64,000 nucleotides of DNA, from contig SHVR01000003.1 in assembly GCA_009694185.1 (NCBI GenBank), positions 15,058 to 79,057 of the forward strand, in the 5' to 3' direction. This document shows, one piece after another, positions 9,400 to 18,297 of this stretch. Below the pieces are notes generated by a model. That model was not told the origin of the DNA. It was given only the letters and a program-made list of their open reading frames with translations, and ran no database searches. Source of the DNA: Alphaproteobacteria bacterium. Its GTDB lineage: Bacteria > Pseudomonadota > Alphaproteobacteria > SHVR01. Position numbers and translations under genes: made by a program. Every line of letters starts with the position of its first letter. Position 1 is the stretch's first letter.

Positions 9400-10578
9400 A
9401 TGCCGATCGTCAACCGTATCGCCGAGTTTCACGCCGAGATGACCGCTTGGCGGCGCGACCTGCACGCCAACCCCGAGGCGGCGTTCGAGGAGGTGCGGAC
9501 GGGGGAGACCGTCGCGGCCAAGCTCGCGTCCTGGGGCATCGACGTGCATCGGGGGCTGGCCAAAACGGGCGTCGTTGGCGTGATCCGCGCCGGAGGGGGT
9601 GCCGGGGCGATCGGGCTCCGGGCCGACATGGACGCCCTCAAGATGGACGAGAAGAACGACTTTCCACACGCCTCCGGGACGCCTGGCCGCATGCACGCCT
9701 GCGGTCATGACGGCCATACGACGATGCTGCTGGGCGCCGCCAAATATCTGGCCGAGACCCGTAATTTCGACGGCACCGTCTATCTCATCTTCCAGCCGGC
9801 CGAAGAGACCGAGGGTGGCGGCCGGGTGATGGTCGAGGAAGGGTTGTTCGAGAAGTTCCCGGTCGATGCCGTCTATGGCATGCACAACATGCCGACCATG
9901 CCGCTCGGCATGATGGCGATCAACCCGGGAGCGATGATGGCGGCCTCCGACAGTTGGGAAATCCTGGTGCGTGGCCAGGGTTGCCATGCCGCCAAGCCCC
10001 ATACCGGCATCGACCCAACGGTGATCGCGAGCCATGTGGTGATCGGCCTGCAATCGCTGGTCAGCCGCAATCTCGACCCACTCGAGACGGCCGTGGTCAG
10101 CGTCACCCAGATGCATGCCGGCAGCGCCTGGAACGTCACCCCCGACGATCTGCTGTTGCGGGGAACCTGCCGCACCTTCAAGCCCGAAGTGCGGGGATTG
10201 ATGGAGCGGCGGATCGGCGAGATGGCGGCCGGCATCGCCGCCGCCCATGGCGGCAGTGTCGATTACCGGTTCATCCGGCGCTACCCGCCGACCGTCAACC
10301 ATGCGCGGGAGGCGGAGAAGGCGGCGCGCGCGGCCTCCCGTGTCGTCGGCCCCGACAAGGTCGACCGCGACCTGCCGCCGAGCACCGGTGGCGAGGATTT
10401 CTCGTTCATGCTGCAAGCGAGGCCCGGCGCCTACATCTGGCTCGGCTCCGGTCCGGCGCGCCATGAAGGGCGCGGCGTGCTGCACAATCCCTATTACGAT
10501 TTCAACGACGAGGCCCTGCCGCTCGGCGCGAGCTATTGGGTCAGCCTGGTCGAGCAGGAATTGGCCAAGACCGGCTGA
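9400..10578 (+). CDS. M20D family amidohydrolase (hippurate hydrolase / N-acyl-amino acid amidohydrolase-like)
   Basis: 392-aa ORF. It contains WRRDLHANPE and MHACGHDGHTTMLLGAAKYL, hallmarks of M20 aminoacylases. Confidence 0.9.
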   Translation: MPIVNRIAEFHAEMTAWRRDLHANPEAAFEEVRTGETVAAKLASWGIDVHRGLAKTGVVGVIRAGGGAGAIGLRADMDALKMDEKNDFPHASGTPGRMHACGHDGHTTMLLGAAKYLAETRNFDGTVYLIFQPAEETEGGGRVMVEEGLFEKFPVDAVYGMHNMPTMPLGMMAINPGAMMAASDSWEILVRGQGCHAAKPHTGIDPTVIASHVVIGLQSLVSRNLDPLETAVVSVTQMHAGSAWNVTPDDLLLRGTCRTFKPEVRGLMERRIGEMAAGIAAAHGGSVDYRFIRRYPPTVNHAREAEKAARAASRVVGPDKVDRDLPPSTGGEDFSFMLQARPGAYIWLGSGPARHEGRGVLHNPYYDFNDEALPLGASYWVSLVEQELAKTG

Positions 10579-10611
10579 CGGGTTTCCCGCCGGCTACGAC
10601 TTGGCCCTGCT

Positions 10612-11664
10612 CTATGGCTTGCGCAAGGTGAAGCCGCCGGAAGCAGCCTGACCGGGTGCCACGCGAATGCAGCGCGCCATATGCTGCGGGTTGATCCAGA
10701 CTTCGGCCGGCACCGCCGCGTCGCAGGCTGGCTCCGCGTAACGGCAACGCGGCGCGAAGCTGCATCCGGGCGGCAGGGCGGTGAGGTTGGGTGGCGAGCC
10801 GCCGATCGCCTCGAGTCGGCGGCCGCGCATGGCGCCATGCACGGTCGACGACAGGAGGCCGCGCGTATAGGGATGCTCCGGCTCGCGGATCAATGTCGCG
10901 ACCGGACCGGTTTCGACGAAGCGGCCGGCATACATGACCGCGATCCGATCGGCGATCTCGACCGCGACACCCACGTCATGGGTGACGAACAGCACCGCCA
11001 TGCCGAGTTCGCGCCGCAGCTTGCGCAGCAGCAGCAGGATCTGGATTTGCACCGTGGCATCGAGCGCCGTGGTCGGCTCGTCGGCGAGCAGCAGGCTCGG
11101 CCGGCAGGAGAGAGCAAGCGCGATCATCGCCCGCTGGCGCATGCCGCCCGACATCTCGTGCGGATAGCTCTTGAGCCGCCGCTCGGGCGAGGGAATCTGT
11201 ACCAGCTCGAGGAGTTCGAGTGCCCGCGCCCGCGCCGCCGATTGCGATACGCCGTCATGGCGGGTGATCGTCTCGGTGATCTGCTGGCCGATGGTGTAGA
11301 CCGGATCGAACGCCGTCATCGGTTCCTGGAAAATCATGGCGACGTCGGCGCCGCGCAAATCGGCGAGCTGGTCGTCGTTCATGGCCATGACGTCCCGGCC
11401 ACCGATCATCACCTTGCCACCCAGTCGACTACGCCGGGGCGGCAGCAGGCGCATGAGGGCGCGCAGCGTCACACTCTTGCCCGAACCCGACTCGCCGAGG
11501 ATGCACAGCACCTCGCCCTGGTCGAGGGTGAAGTTGACGCCGTTGACGGCGTTGACCGTGGCGTCTCGGCTCGTGAAGGTCACCCGCAAATCCTCGACCC
11601 GAACCAGCGGTTCGTTGGCGGTGGCGCGGGCCGTTGCCGCGTGCGGCGCGGTCTCGGTCGTCAT
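10612..11664 (-). CDS. Peptide/nickel-type ABC transporter ATP-binding protein (DppD/OppD-like)
   Basis: Inside the 495-aa ORF the plausible start is [30 protein letters not shown] (ATG 11664, an ATGA overlap with the amidase stop). It has Walker A GESGSGKS, the signature LSGGMRQR, and a C-terminal oligopeptide-ABC extension. Confidence 0.9.
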   Translation of the reverse strand: MTTETAPHAATARATANEPLVRVEDLRVTFTSRDATVNAVNGVNFTLDQGEVLCILGESGSGKSVTLRALMRLLPPRRSRLGGKVMIGGRDVMAMNDDQLADLRGADVAMIFQEPMTAFDPVYTIGQQITETITRHDGVSQSAARARALELLELVQIPSPERRLKSYPHEMSGGMRQRAMIALALSCRPSLLLADEPTTALDATVQIQILLLLRKLRRELGMAVLFVTHDVGVAVEIADRIAVMYAGRFVETGPVATLIREPEHPYTRGLLSSTVHGAMRGRRLEAIGGSPPNLTALPPGCSFAPRCRYAEPACDAAVPAEVWINPQHMARCIRVAPGQAASGGFTLRKP

Positions 11665-13085
11665 TCGGGGGGCATCCTGTCGATCCAACGGGTGGCATCC
11701 TCGTAGAGGGCGGCGGCGCGAAAGAGCCGTACCTCGGCGAACGGCCGGCCAACGAGCTGAAAGGCGGTCGGTAGGCCGTTCCGGGTGAAACCCGCCGGCA
11801 CGGAAATCGACGGCAGGCCCAGATAGTTGATGGTGCGGGTCGCGTGGGTGAGGCTGGCGATCAGGCGCTGAAAGCCCTGGGAATCCTGCATGTCGGTCTC
11901 GGCGATGGTCGGGATCGGCATGGCGAAGACCGGCGCGTGCAACAGATCGCAGGCACCGAACACGGTCTCGACGAAGCGGCGCATGAGTTCCGCGCGGACC
12001 TGGGCGGCCTCCAGATAGCGGACCGCCGGATAGGCGAGCCCGACCTGGATGCGCGCCCGCACTTGCGCGCCATAATCGCCGGGCCGTTCGCGCAACCACG
12101 CGGCATGCAGCGTGGCACCTTCGGACGTGGAGAGGACGCTGGCGAGGTCCGAGAGGCGTTCATGGTCCGGGAGCGTCACCTCGACGATCTCGGCGCCCTG
12201 GCCCCGATAGACGGCGAGGCTCTGGTCCAGCAGCGCCTTCACCTCCGCCGTCGCATGGTCATAGAAATAGTTGCGCGGCACCCCGATCTTGAGGCCCTTG
12301 ACCGAGGGCGAGACGGTCGCCGCCTCATAATCGGGTACGGGCCGGCGGCTCGACGTCGGGTCCTTCGGATCGTGGCCGGCGATGATGGCGAGGAGGCGCG
12401 CGCAGTCGCGCGCCGTGCGTGCCAGCGGACCCACACAGTCCATGGAGAAGGAAATCCCCATCGCTCCATGGCGACTGACGCGGCCGTGGGTCGCCTTGAT
12501 GCCGACGACGCCGCAGGCGGCGGCCGGCAGGCGGATTGAGCCGCCGGTGTCGGAGCCGAGCGCGCCATGGACGAGCCGCCCGCCGACGGCCGAGCCCGAC
12601 CCGCTCGACGAGCCGCCGGTGATATGGGCGGGGTTCCAGGGATTGCGCGCCGGCCCGAAATGGGCGTTGTGTCCGGTCGGACCGAAGGCGAACTCCGACA
12701 TGTTGAGCGTGCCCACTTGGAGCGCTCCGGCGGCATCGAGACGTTCGAGGACGGTCGCCGTATGGCTCGGACGAAAGTCCTTGCGGATCTTCGAGCCGCA
12801 GGTCGAGACGCGGCCGGCGCGGTAATACATGTCCTTGTGCGCCAAGGGCACGCCATGCAGGAGACCGAGCGACCGGCCGGCCTTGACGGCGGCGTCCGCC
12901 CCATCGGCGGCGGCGAGCGCCTCGTCGCGATCGACGGCGATGAAGCAATTGAGGGCGGGCTGGCGGCGCTCGATCCGCTTGAGCGACGCCTCGGTCAGTT
13001 CGCGCGACGATATGCGGCGCGCACGCACCGCGTCAGCCGCTTCGACCAGCGTCATGCGCGCGGGATCGTCAGTTGCCGTCGACAT
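11661..13085 (-). CDS. Amidase-signature enzyme (GatA/AtzE-like amidase)
   Basis: Start MSTATDDPARMTLVEAADAV at ATG 13085, with GGAGG 9 nt upstream. It carries the amidase signature GGSSSGSGSAVGGRLVHGALGSDTGGSIRLPAAACGVVGIKATHGRVS. Confidence 0.9.
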   Translation of the reverse strand: MSTATDDPARMTLVEAADAVRARRISSRELTEASLKRIERRQPALNCFIAVDRDEALAAADGADAAVKAGRSLGLLHGVPLAHKDMYYRAGRVSTCGSKIRKDFRPSHTATVLERLDAAGALQVGTLNMSEFAFGPTGHNAHFGPARNPWNPAHITGGSSSGSGSAVGGRLVHGALGSDTGGSIRLPAAACGVVGIKATHGRVSRHGAMGISFSMDCVGPLARTARDCARLLAIIAGHDPKDPTSSRRPVPDYEAATVSPSVKGLKIGVPRNYFYDHATAEVKALLDQSLAVYRGQGAEIVEVTLPDHERLSDLASVLSTSEGATLHAAWLRERPGDYGAQVRARIQVGLAYPAVRYLEAAQVRAELMRRFVETVFGACDLLHAPVFAMPIPTIAETDMQDSQGFQRLIASLTHATRTINYLGLPSISVPAGFTRNGLPTAFQLVGRPFAEVRLFRAAALYEDATRWIDRMPPE

Positions 13086-13269
13086 CGCCGAGCGCCTCCA
13101 AGGCCTGAGTGAAGCTGGTGGGTTCGGTATCGAACAAGGAGTGGCTCGACAGCGGCGCCAAGGCGTCACTGGCCGAGCGGAGTGCCCCGGCGAGCCGCTC
13201 CGCCGCCGCGTCGTCGAGCTTGACGCCCTGTGTCGCGGCGAGCGTCTTGATGAAGTGCTTGTCGATCAT
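13069..13269 (-). CDS. 66-aa putative amidase accessory subunit (GatC/AtzG-like small protein)
   Basis: MIDKHFIKTLAATQGVKLDDAAAERLAGALRSASDALAPLSSHSLFDTEPTSFTQALEALGDVDGN. It overlaps the amidase start by 17 nt (translational coupling). The pattern G-V-x-L...L..L...D-x-EP...F resembles GatC-type subunits. Confidence 0.6.
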   Translation of the reverse strand: MIDKHFIKTLAATQGVKLDDAAAERLAGALRSASDALAPLSSHSLFDTEPTSFTQALEALGDVDGN

Positions 13270-13272
13270 GGG

Positions 13273-14304
13273 TCAGGCTCCTTGAGCCGGGGCGGCGCTA
13301 TGGCCGGAGCCGGCGATCAGCATGTGGCAGGCGATCCGGTGCGCGCCGTCTTCCGGCGCCCCGGCGAGGCGTGGCTCGATCCTGGCGCACACGTCCTCGG
13401 CATGGGGGCAGCGGGTACGGAACCGGCAGCCCGACGGCGGATTGATCGGGTTCGGCGGATCGCCGGTGATGGGTGCTTGCTCGAGCCGGCGGTCGGGGTC
13501 CATGGATGGCATGGCCGACAAAAGCGCTCGCGTGTAGGGGTGCTGGGGTCGTCCGTAGATGGCCTCGACCGGGCCGATCTCCACCGCCTTGCCGAGATAC
13601 ATCACCAGGACCCGGTCGCTCAGATATTGCACCACGTTCAGATCGTGGGAGATGAAGACGTAGGTGAGATCGAGATCGCTCTTCAGATCGACCAGCAGGT
13701 TGAGGACCTGGGCCTCGACCGACTTGTCGAGGGCGGAAACCGGCTCGTCGAGGACAACAAGGCGTGGCTCGAGTGCCAGCGCCCGGGCGATGTTGATGCG
13801 CTGTCTCTGGCCGCCCGAGAGCTCGTGGGGATAGCGGCGGATGAACTGGTTGGGGTCGAGGCCGACCTTGGCCAGAATGTCGCGCGCGCGCTGCTTCGCC
13901 TGGGCCACCGGTACGCCATGCACCGATGGTCCGAAGGCGATGGTGTCCTCGATGGGCAGGCGCGGATTGAGGGAAGAATAAGAATCCTGGAACACCATCT
14001 GCACGTTGCGGCGGAGATCCCGGGTCGAGATGTCGCCATTCTCGCCCACCAGCATGCCGTCGAAGACGATGCTGCCCGAGTCGGGCTTGAGGAGCTGGAC
14101 GAGAAGCCGGGCCGTGGTCGATTTGCCGCAGCCGGATTCGCCGACGATGCCGAGGGTCTCGCCGCGCCCGACCGTGAACGAGATGTCGTCGACCGCCTGC
14201 ACAGTCGCAACCCGGCGTTGCAAGACCCCGCCCGTGATGGGAAAATATTTTCGCAGATCCGTGACCGCCAGCAGCGGAGCGGGACCGGTCGCCATCGCGT
14301 TCAT
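13273..14304 (-). CDS. Peptide/nickel-type ABC transporter ATP-binding protein (DppF/OppF-like)
   Basis: Start MNAMATGPAPLLAVTDLRKYF at ATG 14304. It has Walker A GESGCGKST, the signature LSGGQRQR, and the C-terminal PxGCxFxxRC motif. Confidence 0.9.
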   Translation of the reverse strand: MNAMATGPAPLLAVTDLRKYFPITGGVLQRRVATVQAVDDISFTVGRGETLGIVGESGCGKSTTARLLVQLLKPDSGSIVFDGMLVGENGDISTRDLRRNVQMVFQDSYSSLNPRLPIEDTIAFGPSVHGVPVAQAKQRARDILAKVGLDPNQFIRRYPHELSGGQRQRINIARALALEPRLVVLDEPVSALDKSVEAQVLNLLVDLKSDLDLTYVFISHDLNVVQYLSDRVLVMYLGKAVEIGPVEAIYGRPQHPYTRALLSAMPSMDPDRRLEQAPITGDPPNPINPPSGCRFRTRCPHAEDVCARIEPRLAGAPEDGAHRIACHMLIAGSGHSAAPAQGA

Positions 14305-14314
14305 CGGGGCATCC

Positions 14315-15229
14315 TCATAGCCGCACGTCCATCGCCGTGCGCAAGCCGTCACTCAGCAGATTGAAGCAGAGCGAAGTGGCGAAGATGACCGCGCCGGGCA
14401 ATGCCGCAACCCACGGGTTGATATAGATCGACTGCCGAAGCGTGTTCAGCATCAAACCCCATTCCGGCTCCGGCGGCTCGGTGCCGAGCCCGAGGAAGGA
14501 AAGACCCGAGGCCAGGATGATGCTGACGCTGATCAGGCTGGTCGAATAGATGAAGATCGGCCCGAGCACGTTGCTCAGCACATGCACCCGGAGAATGGTC
14601 TGGGTGCCGGCGCCGCTCGCGCGCGCCGCCTCGACATAGTCGAGGTTGCGGACCTGGGTCGTGACACTCTCGGTGACGCGGGTGATGGGCGGAATGAAGA
14701 CCACGGTCAGCGAGACGATGGCGTTGGTAACGCCGGCGCCGAGTGCCCCCGAAATGGCGATGGCGAGGAGAACGGAGGGAAAGGCGTAGAAGACGTCCAT
14801 GACGCGCATGATCGCCATGTTGACGCGCCCGCCGAGAAAGCCCGCGATCATGCCGAGTATGCCGCCGACGATCAGCGCGTTGACCACCGGCAAAACGCCC
14901 ATGAAGAGCGACAACCGGCCGCCATAGATCAGGCGGGTCAACATGTCGCGGCCGAGCTCGTCGGTGCCGAGCGGGTGATTGGCGAAGCCGATCGGCTTCA
15001 GGCGGCGCACGATGCTGGTTTTGTAGGGATCGGCCGGCGCGATCAAGTCGGCGAATATTGCCGCTGAGACGATCGCGATCAGGACGAGGCCGCAGGCGAT
15101 GGTTACATAGTCGGTGCCGAGGCGGCCCGCGACGGTCGACCAGTAGCCGCGCGAGAGGGCGGCCACTTGCGCCGTGTCCACGCCCGTTGCCATGGCGGGG
15201 GCCGGCCGGACCTCGACACGGTTGCTCAT
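14315..15229 (-). CDS. ABC transporter permease (DppC/OppC-like)
   Basis: 304-aa hydrophobic ORF with BPD-transport-like segments and a typical DppC-like N-terminus. Confidence 0.9.
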   Translation of the reverse strand: MSNRVEVRPAPAMATGVDTAQVAALSRGYWSTVAGRLGTDYVTIACGLVLIAIVSAAIFADLIAPADPYKTSIVRRLKPIGFANHPLGTDELGRDMLTRLIYGGRLSLFMGVLPVVNALIVGGILGMIAGFLGGRVNMAIMRVMDVFYAFPSVLLAIAISGALGAGVTNAIVSLTVVFIPPITRVTESVTTQVRNLDYVEAARASGAGTQTILRVHVLSNVLGPIFIYSTSLISVSIILASGLSFLGLGTEPPEPEWGLMLNTLRQSIYINPWVAALPGAVIFATSLCFNLLSDGLRTAMDVRL

Positions 15230-15239
15230 GTTTGCCTCC

Positions 15240-16193
15240 TCACGCGCGCCGCATGCGCGGGTCGATTGCGGTCTGCGCGATGTCGACCATGAGGTTCAAG
15301 AGGACGAAGAACATGGCGAGGATCAGAATCACGCCTTGCAGGACCGGAATGTCGCGGCGGAAGATGGCATCGTTCAGCAGGAACCCGGTGCCGGGCCAGG
15401 AGAACACCGTCTCCACCAGAATCGAGCCGCCGAGCAGGTAGCCGAATTGCAGGCCCATGACGGCAAGGCAGGTGGGGCCGGCATTCTTGACGATGTGCCC
15501 CAACACCTGGCGTTCCAAGAGGCCCTTGGCGCGGAGCGCCTGGACGAACTCGTTGCTCAGCACTTCGGCCACGGTCGCCCGGATGGTGCGGGTGACGATG
15601 CCCATGGGGATGACCGAGAGTGTCACCATGGGGAGGACCAGATGGCGCATGTGCGCCACGTCCCACGCCCAATCGCGCGAGCCGCCGGGGCCCATGCCCA
15701 TGGCGGGCAGCATGTTCAGCTCGACCGCGAAGACGATGACCAGGACCAGGCCCAGCCAGTAATGCGGTACGCTGACCCCGGTGATCGCCATGGTCGTCGC
15801 GACCTTGTCGATCCAGCTTCCCTGATTGTAGCCGGCAATGCCGCCGAGGACGGCACCGATGGAAAATCCCAGCATGCCCGCGAAAAAGGCCAGCATGATG
15901 GTGTTGGCGGCCGCACTCGTGATCTCACCGGCGACGGCCCGGCCGGTCGCGATCGAGACTCCGAGATCGCCGGTGATCGCTCTCAGCAGCCATTTGCCAT
16001 ATTGCACCGGCAAGGGCTTGTCGAAGCCATAGGCTTCCTTCAGGCGCTGCGCCACCTCGGCCGGCGCGTCGGCCGCGATGACCGCGTTGATCGGGTCGCC
16101 GGGCGACAAATGCACCAGCGAAAAGACGATAATCGAGACGCCGAGCGCGATCGGGATCGCATAGGCGACGCGCCTCAGGATATAGCCGAACAT
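15240..16193 (-). CDS. ABC transporter permease (DppB/OppB-like)
   Basis: Likely start MFGYILRRVAYAIPIALGVSIIVFSLVHLSPGDP (ATG 16193), the canonical DppB N-terminus. The upstream part of the 370-aa ORF is Arg/Ser-rich junk. Confidence 0.9.
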   Translation of the reverse strand: MFGYILRRVAYAIPIALGVSIIVFSLVHLSPGDPINAVIAADAPAEVAQRLKEAYGFDKPLPVQYGKWLLRAITGDLGVSIATGRAVAGEITSAAANTIMLAFFAGMLGFSIGAVLGGIAGYNQGSWIDKVATTMAITGVSVPHYWLGLVLVIVFAVELNMLPAMGMGPGGSRDWAWDVAHMRHLVLPMVTLSVIPMGIVTRTIRATVAEVLSNEFVQALRAKGLLERQVLGHIVKNAGPTCLAVMGLQFGYLLGGSILVETVFSWPGTGFLLNDAIFRRDIPVLQGVILILAMFFVLLNLMVDIAQTAIDPRMRRA

Positions 16194-16254
16194 GGGCGGG
16201 TACCCGGCGCGAAACCGGCGAGATGCGTGCACCTCGCCGCCGACGCGGCCTGTT

Positions 16255-17895
16255 CTAGTTCTGGATATAGACGCCGGTGATGTCCTGGAACCAGTTGCGC
16301 GCCTGGACGAAGCCCTTGACCTTCTTGTGGATGGCGCGGGGCGCCACGTCATGCACCGCCCAGATGAACAGCGCCTCGTCCACCATCTTGGTATGGATAT
16401 CCGCCAGGGCCGCCGTTTGTGACTTGGCGTCGAAGCTGAGTTGGGCCTTCTTCAACAACTCGTCCATGGCCGGGTCGCTGAACTCACCCCAGTTGACCCC
16501 GGTTGGCGCCTTCAGGTCGCTGCGCAGGAGGCGCGCGAAGGCGCTGTAGGGATCCTGGGTCCCATAGCTGATGTTGACGAAGTGGGCGCCCTGGGACTGC
16601 GGCGAAGCGCTGCCTGCCCGCCAGCGGTCGAGCAGGCTCTGCCATTCGACCACGGCGAATTCGACCTGTATGCCGACATCCTTGAGGTTCTGCTGGATAT
16701 ATTCGTTCATGGCCAGCGGCTGCATCTGGCCCGAGCCACTGGCGGAAATCATCCCCTTGATCTTCAGCGGCTTGGCAGGTCCGTAGCCGGCTTCGGCGAG
16801 CAGCTTCTTCGCCTGATCGGGATCGAACTTGAGCTCGAAGCTGGGCTTGCCAAACCAGGGGTCCGCCTTGTCCACATGTCCCAAAGCTGGCGCGGCATAG
16901 CCACCAAGGAGTTCGACCAGACCCTTGCGGTCGATCGCCAGATTGGCCGCCTTGCGGACCCGGAGGTCATTCCAGGGTGAGTCTCCCAGGCGGCTAATGT
17001 GGTAGGACCAGATATGCGGATAAGCATTGGCGACAATGTTGAAACCCTGCTGCTTCAGGCGCGGCACCGCGTCGGGGGCCGGTCCTTCGATCCAATCCAC
17101 TTGGCCGGAGAGCGCGGCGGCGGTGCGGGCCGACGGTTCGGGAATGGGTAAGAGGATCAGCTTGTCCAGCTTCGGCCGGCGCGCCGGGTCCCAATAGTCC
17201 TTGTTGGGCACGAGTTCGGCGCGCTCGCGCGGCACCAGGGTCGTGAGCTTCCAGGGTCCCGTGCCAGAGGGCTCGGTCGCGAACTTCTGCCAGTCCTTGA
17301 ACTTGTTCCATTGCGCGGGGCTCGAATGGAGGATGTAGCAAATCTGATACGGGAAGAACGCGTCCGGCGACTTGGTCGTGATTTCAATAGTATGGTCGTC
17401 GATCTTGCGAATCGACTTGTAGGCGGGAATGCGGAAGTTGACCAGCGATACCTGGCGCGGGTCGTAATGGGCCGCCTTGTCGTCGAACAGCCGGTCCATG
17501 TTCCAAATGACGGCTTCGGCGTTGAAAGGCGATCCGTCATGGAATTTCACGCCTTGCCGCAATTTGAACACCCACTTGGTCGGGTCGTTGGGATCGACCG
17601 ACCAGCTTTCGGCCAGGCCCGGGATCAGGCCCGACGCCTTGTCCGCCGACGAGAGGTCCCAGTTGATCAGCCCATCATAGAGAGTGAGCCCGATCCAGCG
17701 ATAGCCCTCGCCGCCGTTGTCCGGCTGCCCGACCGTCAATGGAATGTCGGTCGTGGTCATGCCGAGGCGAAGCGTGCCTTGCGCCGAGGCCGGCCCGCCC
17801 AGGTCCGCCATCGTCAGCGCCGCCGCCGCGACCGTGGTGAGCGCCAAGCGCCCAAGGACATTGCGCCCAAGAACGCGATCCAACCTCTTTGCCAT
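16255..17895 (-). CDS. ABC transporter substrate-binding protein, family 5 (peptide/nickel type)
   Basis: 546-aa ORF with a signal-like N-terminus (LALTTVAAAALTMADLGGPASAQG) and SBP_bac_5-type sequence. First gene of the minus-strand transporter operon. Confidence 0.9.
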   Translation of the reverse strand: MAKRLDRVLGRNVLGRLALTTVAAAALTMADLGGPASAQGTLRLGMTTTDIPLTVGQPDNGGEGYRWIGLTLYDGLINWDLSSADKASGLIPGLAESWSVDPNDPTKWVFKLRQGVKFHDGSPFNAEAVIWNMDRLFDDKAAHYDPRQVSLVNFRIPAYKSIRKIDDHTIEITTKSPDAFFPYQICYILHSSPAQWNKFKDWQKFATEPSGTGPWKLTTLVPRERAELVPNKDYWDPARRPKLDKLILLPIPEPSARTAAALSGQVDWIEGPAPDAVPRLKQQGFNIVANAYPHIWSYHISRLGDSPWNDLRVRKAANLAIDRKGLVELLGGYAAPALGHVDKADPWFGKPSFELKFDPDQAKKLLAEAGYGPAKPLKIKGMISASGSGQMQPLAMNEYIQQNLKDVGIQVEFAVVEWQSLLDRWRAGSASPQSQGAHFVNISYGTQDPYSAFARLLRSDLKAPTGVNWGEFSDPAMDELLKKAQLSFDAKSQTAALADIHTKMVDEALFIWAVHDVAPRAIHKKVKGFVQARNWFQDITGVYIQN

Positions 17896-18093
17896 GAGCC
17901 CGCCTCCTCCTTCTCGCTAGCTGGCGCGTGGGCCGCGCCTCGCTGGATTCATATCAAGTAGCATGCCAGTACCGTGGCAGGGTAGCATAACCCGCAATCA
18001 ACCCAACGGATGCCGCGCCAAAGGGCAATTTCCCTGGGTACACCGGAATTTGCGACAGTAGCTTTCCGGGGATCGGTAGCAGGGGGACAGACC

Positions 18094-18294
18094 ATGACGG
18101 ACGCGACCAAGCCAACCCATGACGAATTGCGGGCGCGCGCCGCCGAGGTCGGCCTGACGCGCCTGCGGCCCGAGCATCTCGACGAACTGGCGCGCGGCCT
18201 CGCCGACCTCAAGCGGCAGGCGAGCGCCCGGCGGGCCGACATGCGGCTCTCGGACGAGCCCGCGCACGTGTTCCGCGCGAGCCCGGAGGCCTGA
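18094..18294 (+). CDS. 66-aa putative amidase accessory subunit (GatC/AtzG-like small protein)
   Basis: MTDATKPTHDELRARAAEVGLTRLRPEHLDELARGLADLKRQASARRADMRLSDEPAHVFRASPEA. ATG at 18094 with aggggga 7 nt upstream. The stop lies 3 nt before the amidase ATG. Confidence 0.6.
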   Translation: MTDATKPTHDELRARAAEVGLTRLRPEHLDELARGLADLKRQASARRADMRLSDEPAHVFRASPEA

Positions 18295-18297
18295 GCC

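Noticed and set aside
9244-10485. Upstream 5' extension of the 583-aa minus-strand ORF beyond ATG 9243
   Set aside because: That part is antisense to the M20 amidohydrolase and is low-complexity. Kinase-like sequence (TM segment, Cache-like region) only begins at MTMFAQST (9243).
17976-17992. Sigma-54-like promoter (tggcagggtagcataa)
   Set aside because: The GG and GC elements are 9 nt apart instead of the 12-nt offset of TGGCAC-N5-TTGC, and no enhancer-binding protein gene is nearby.
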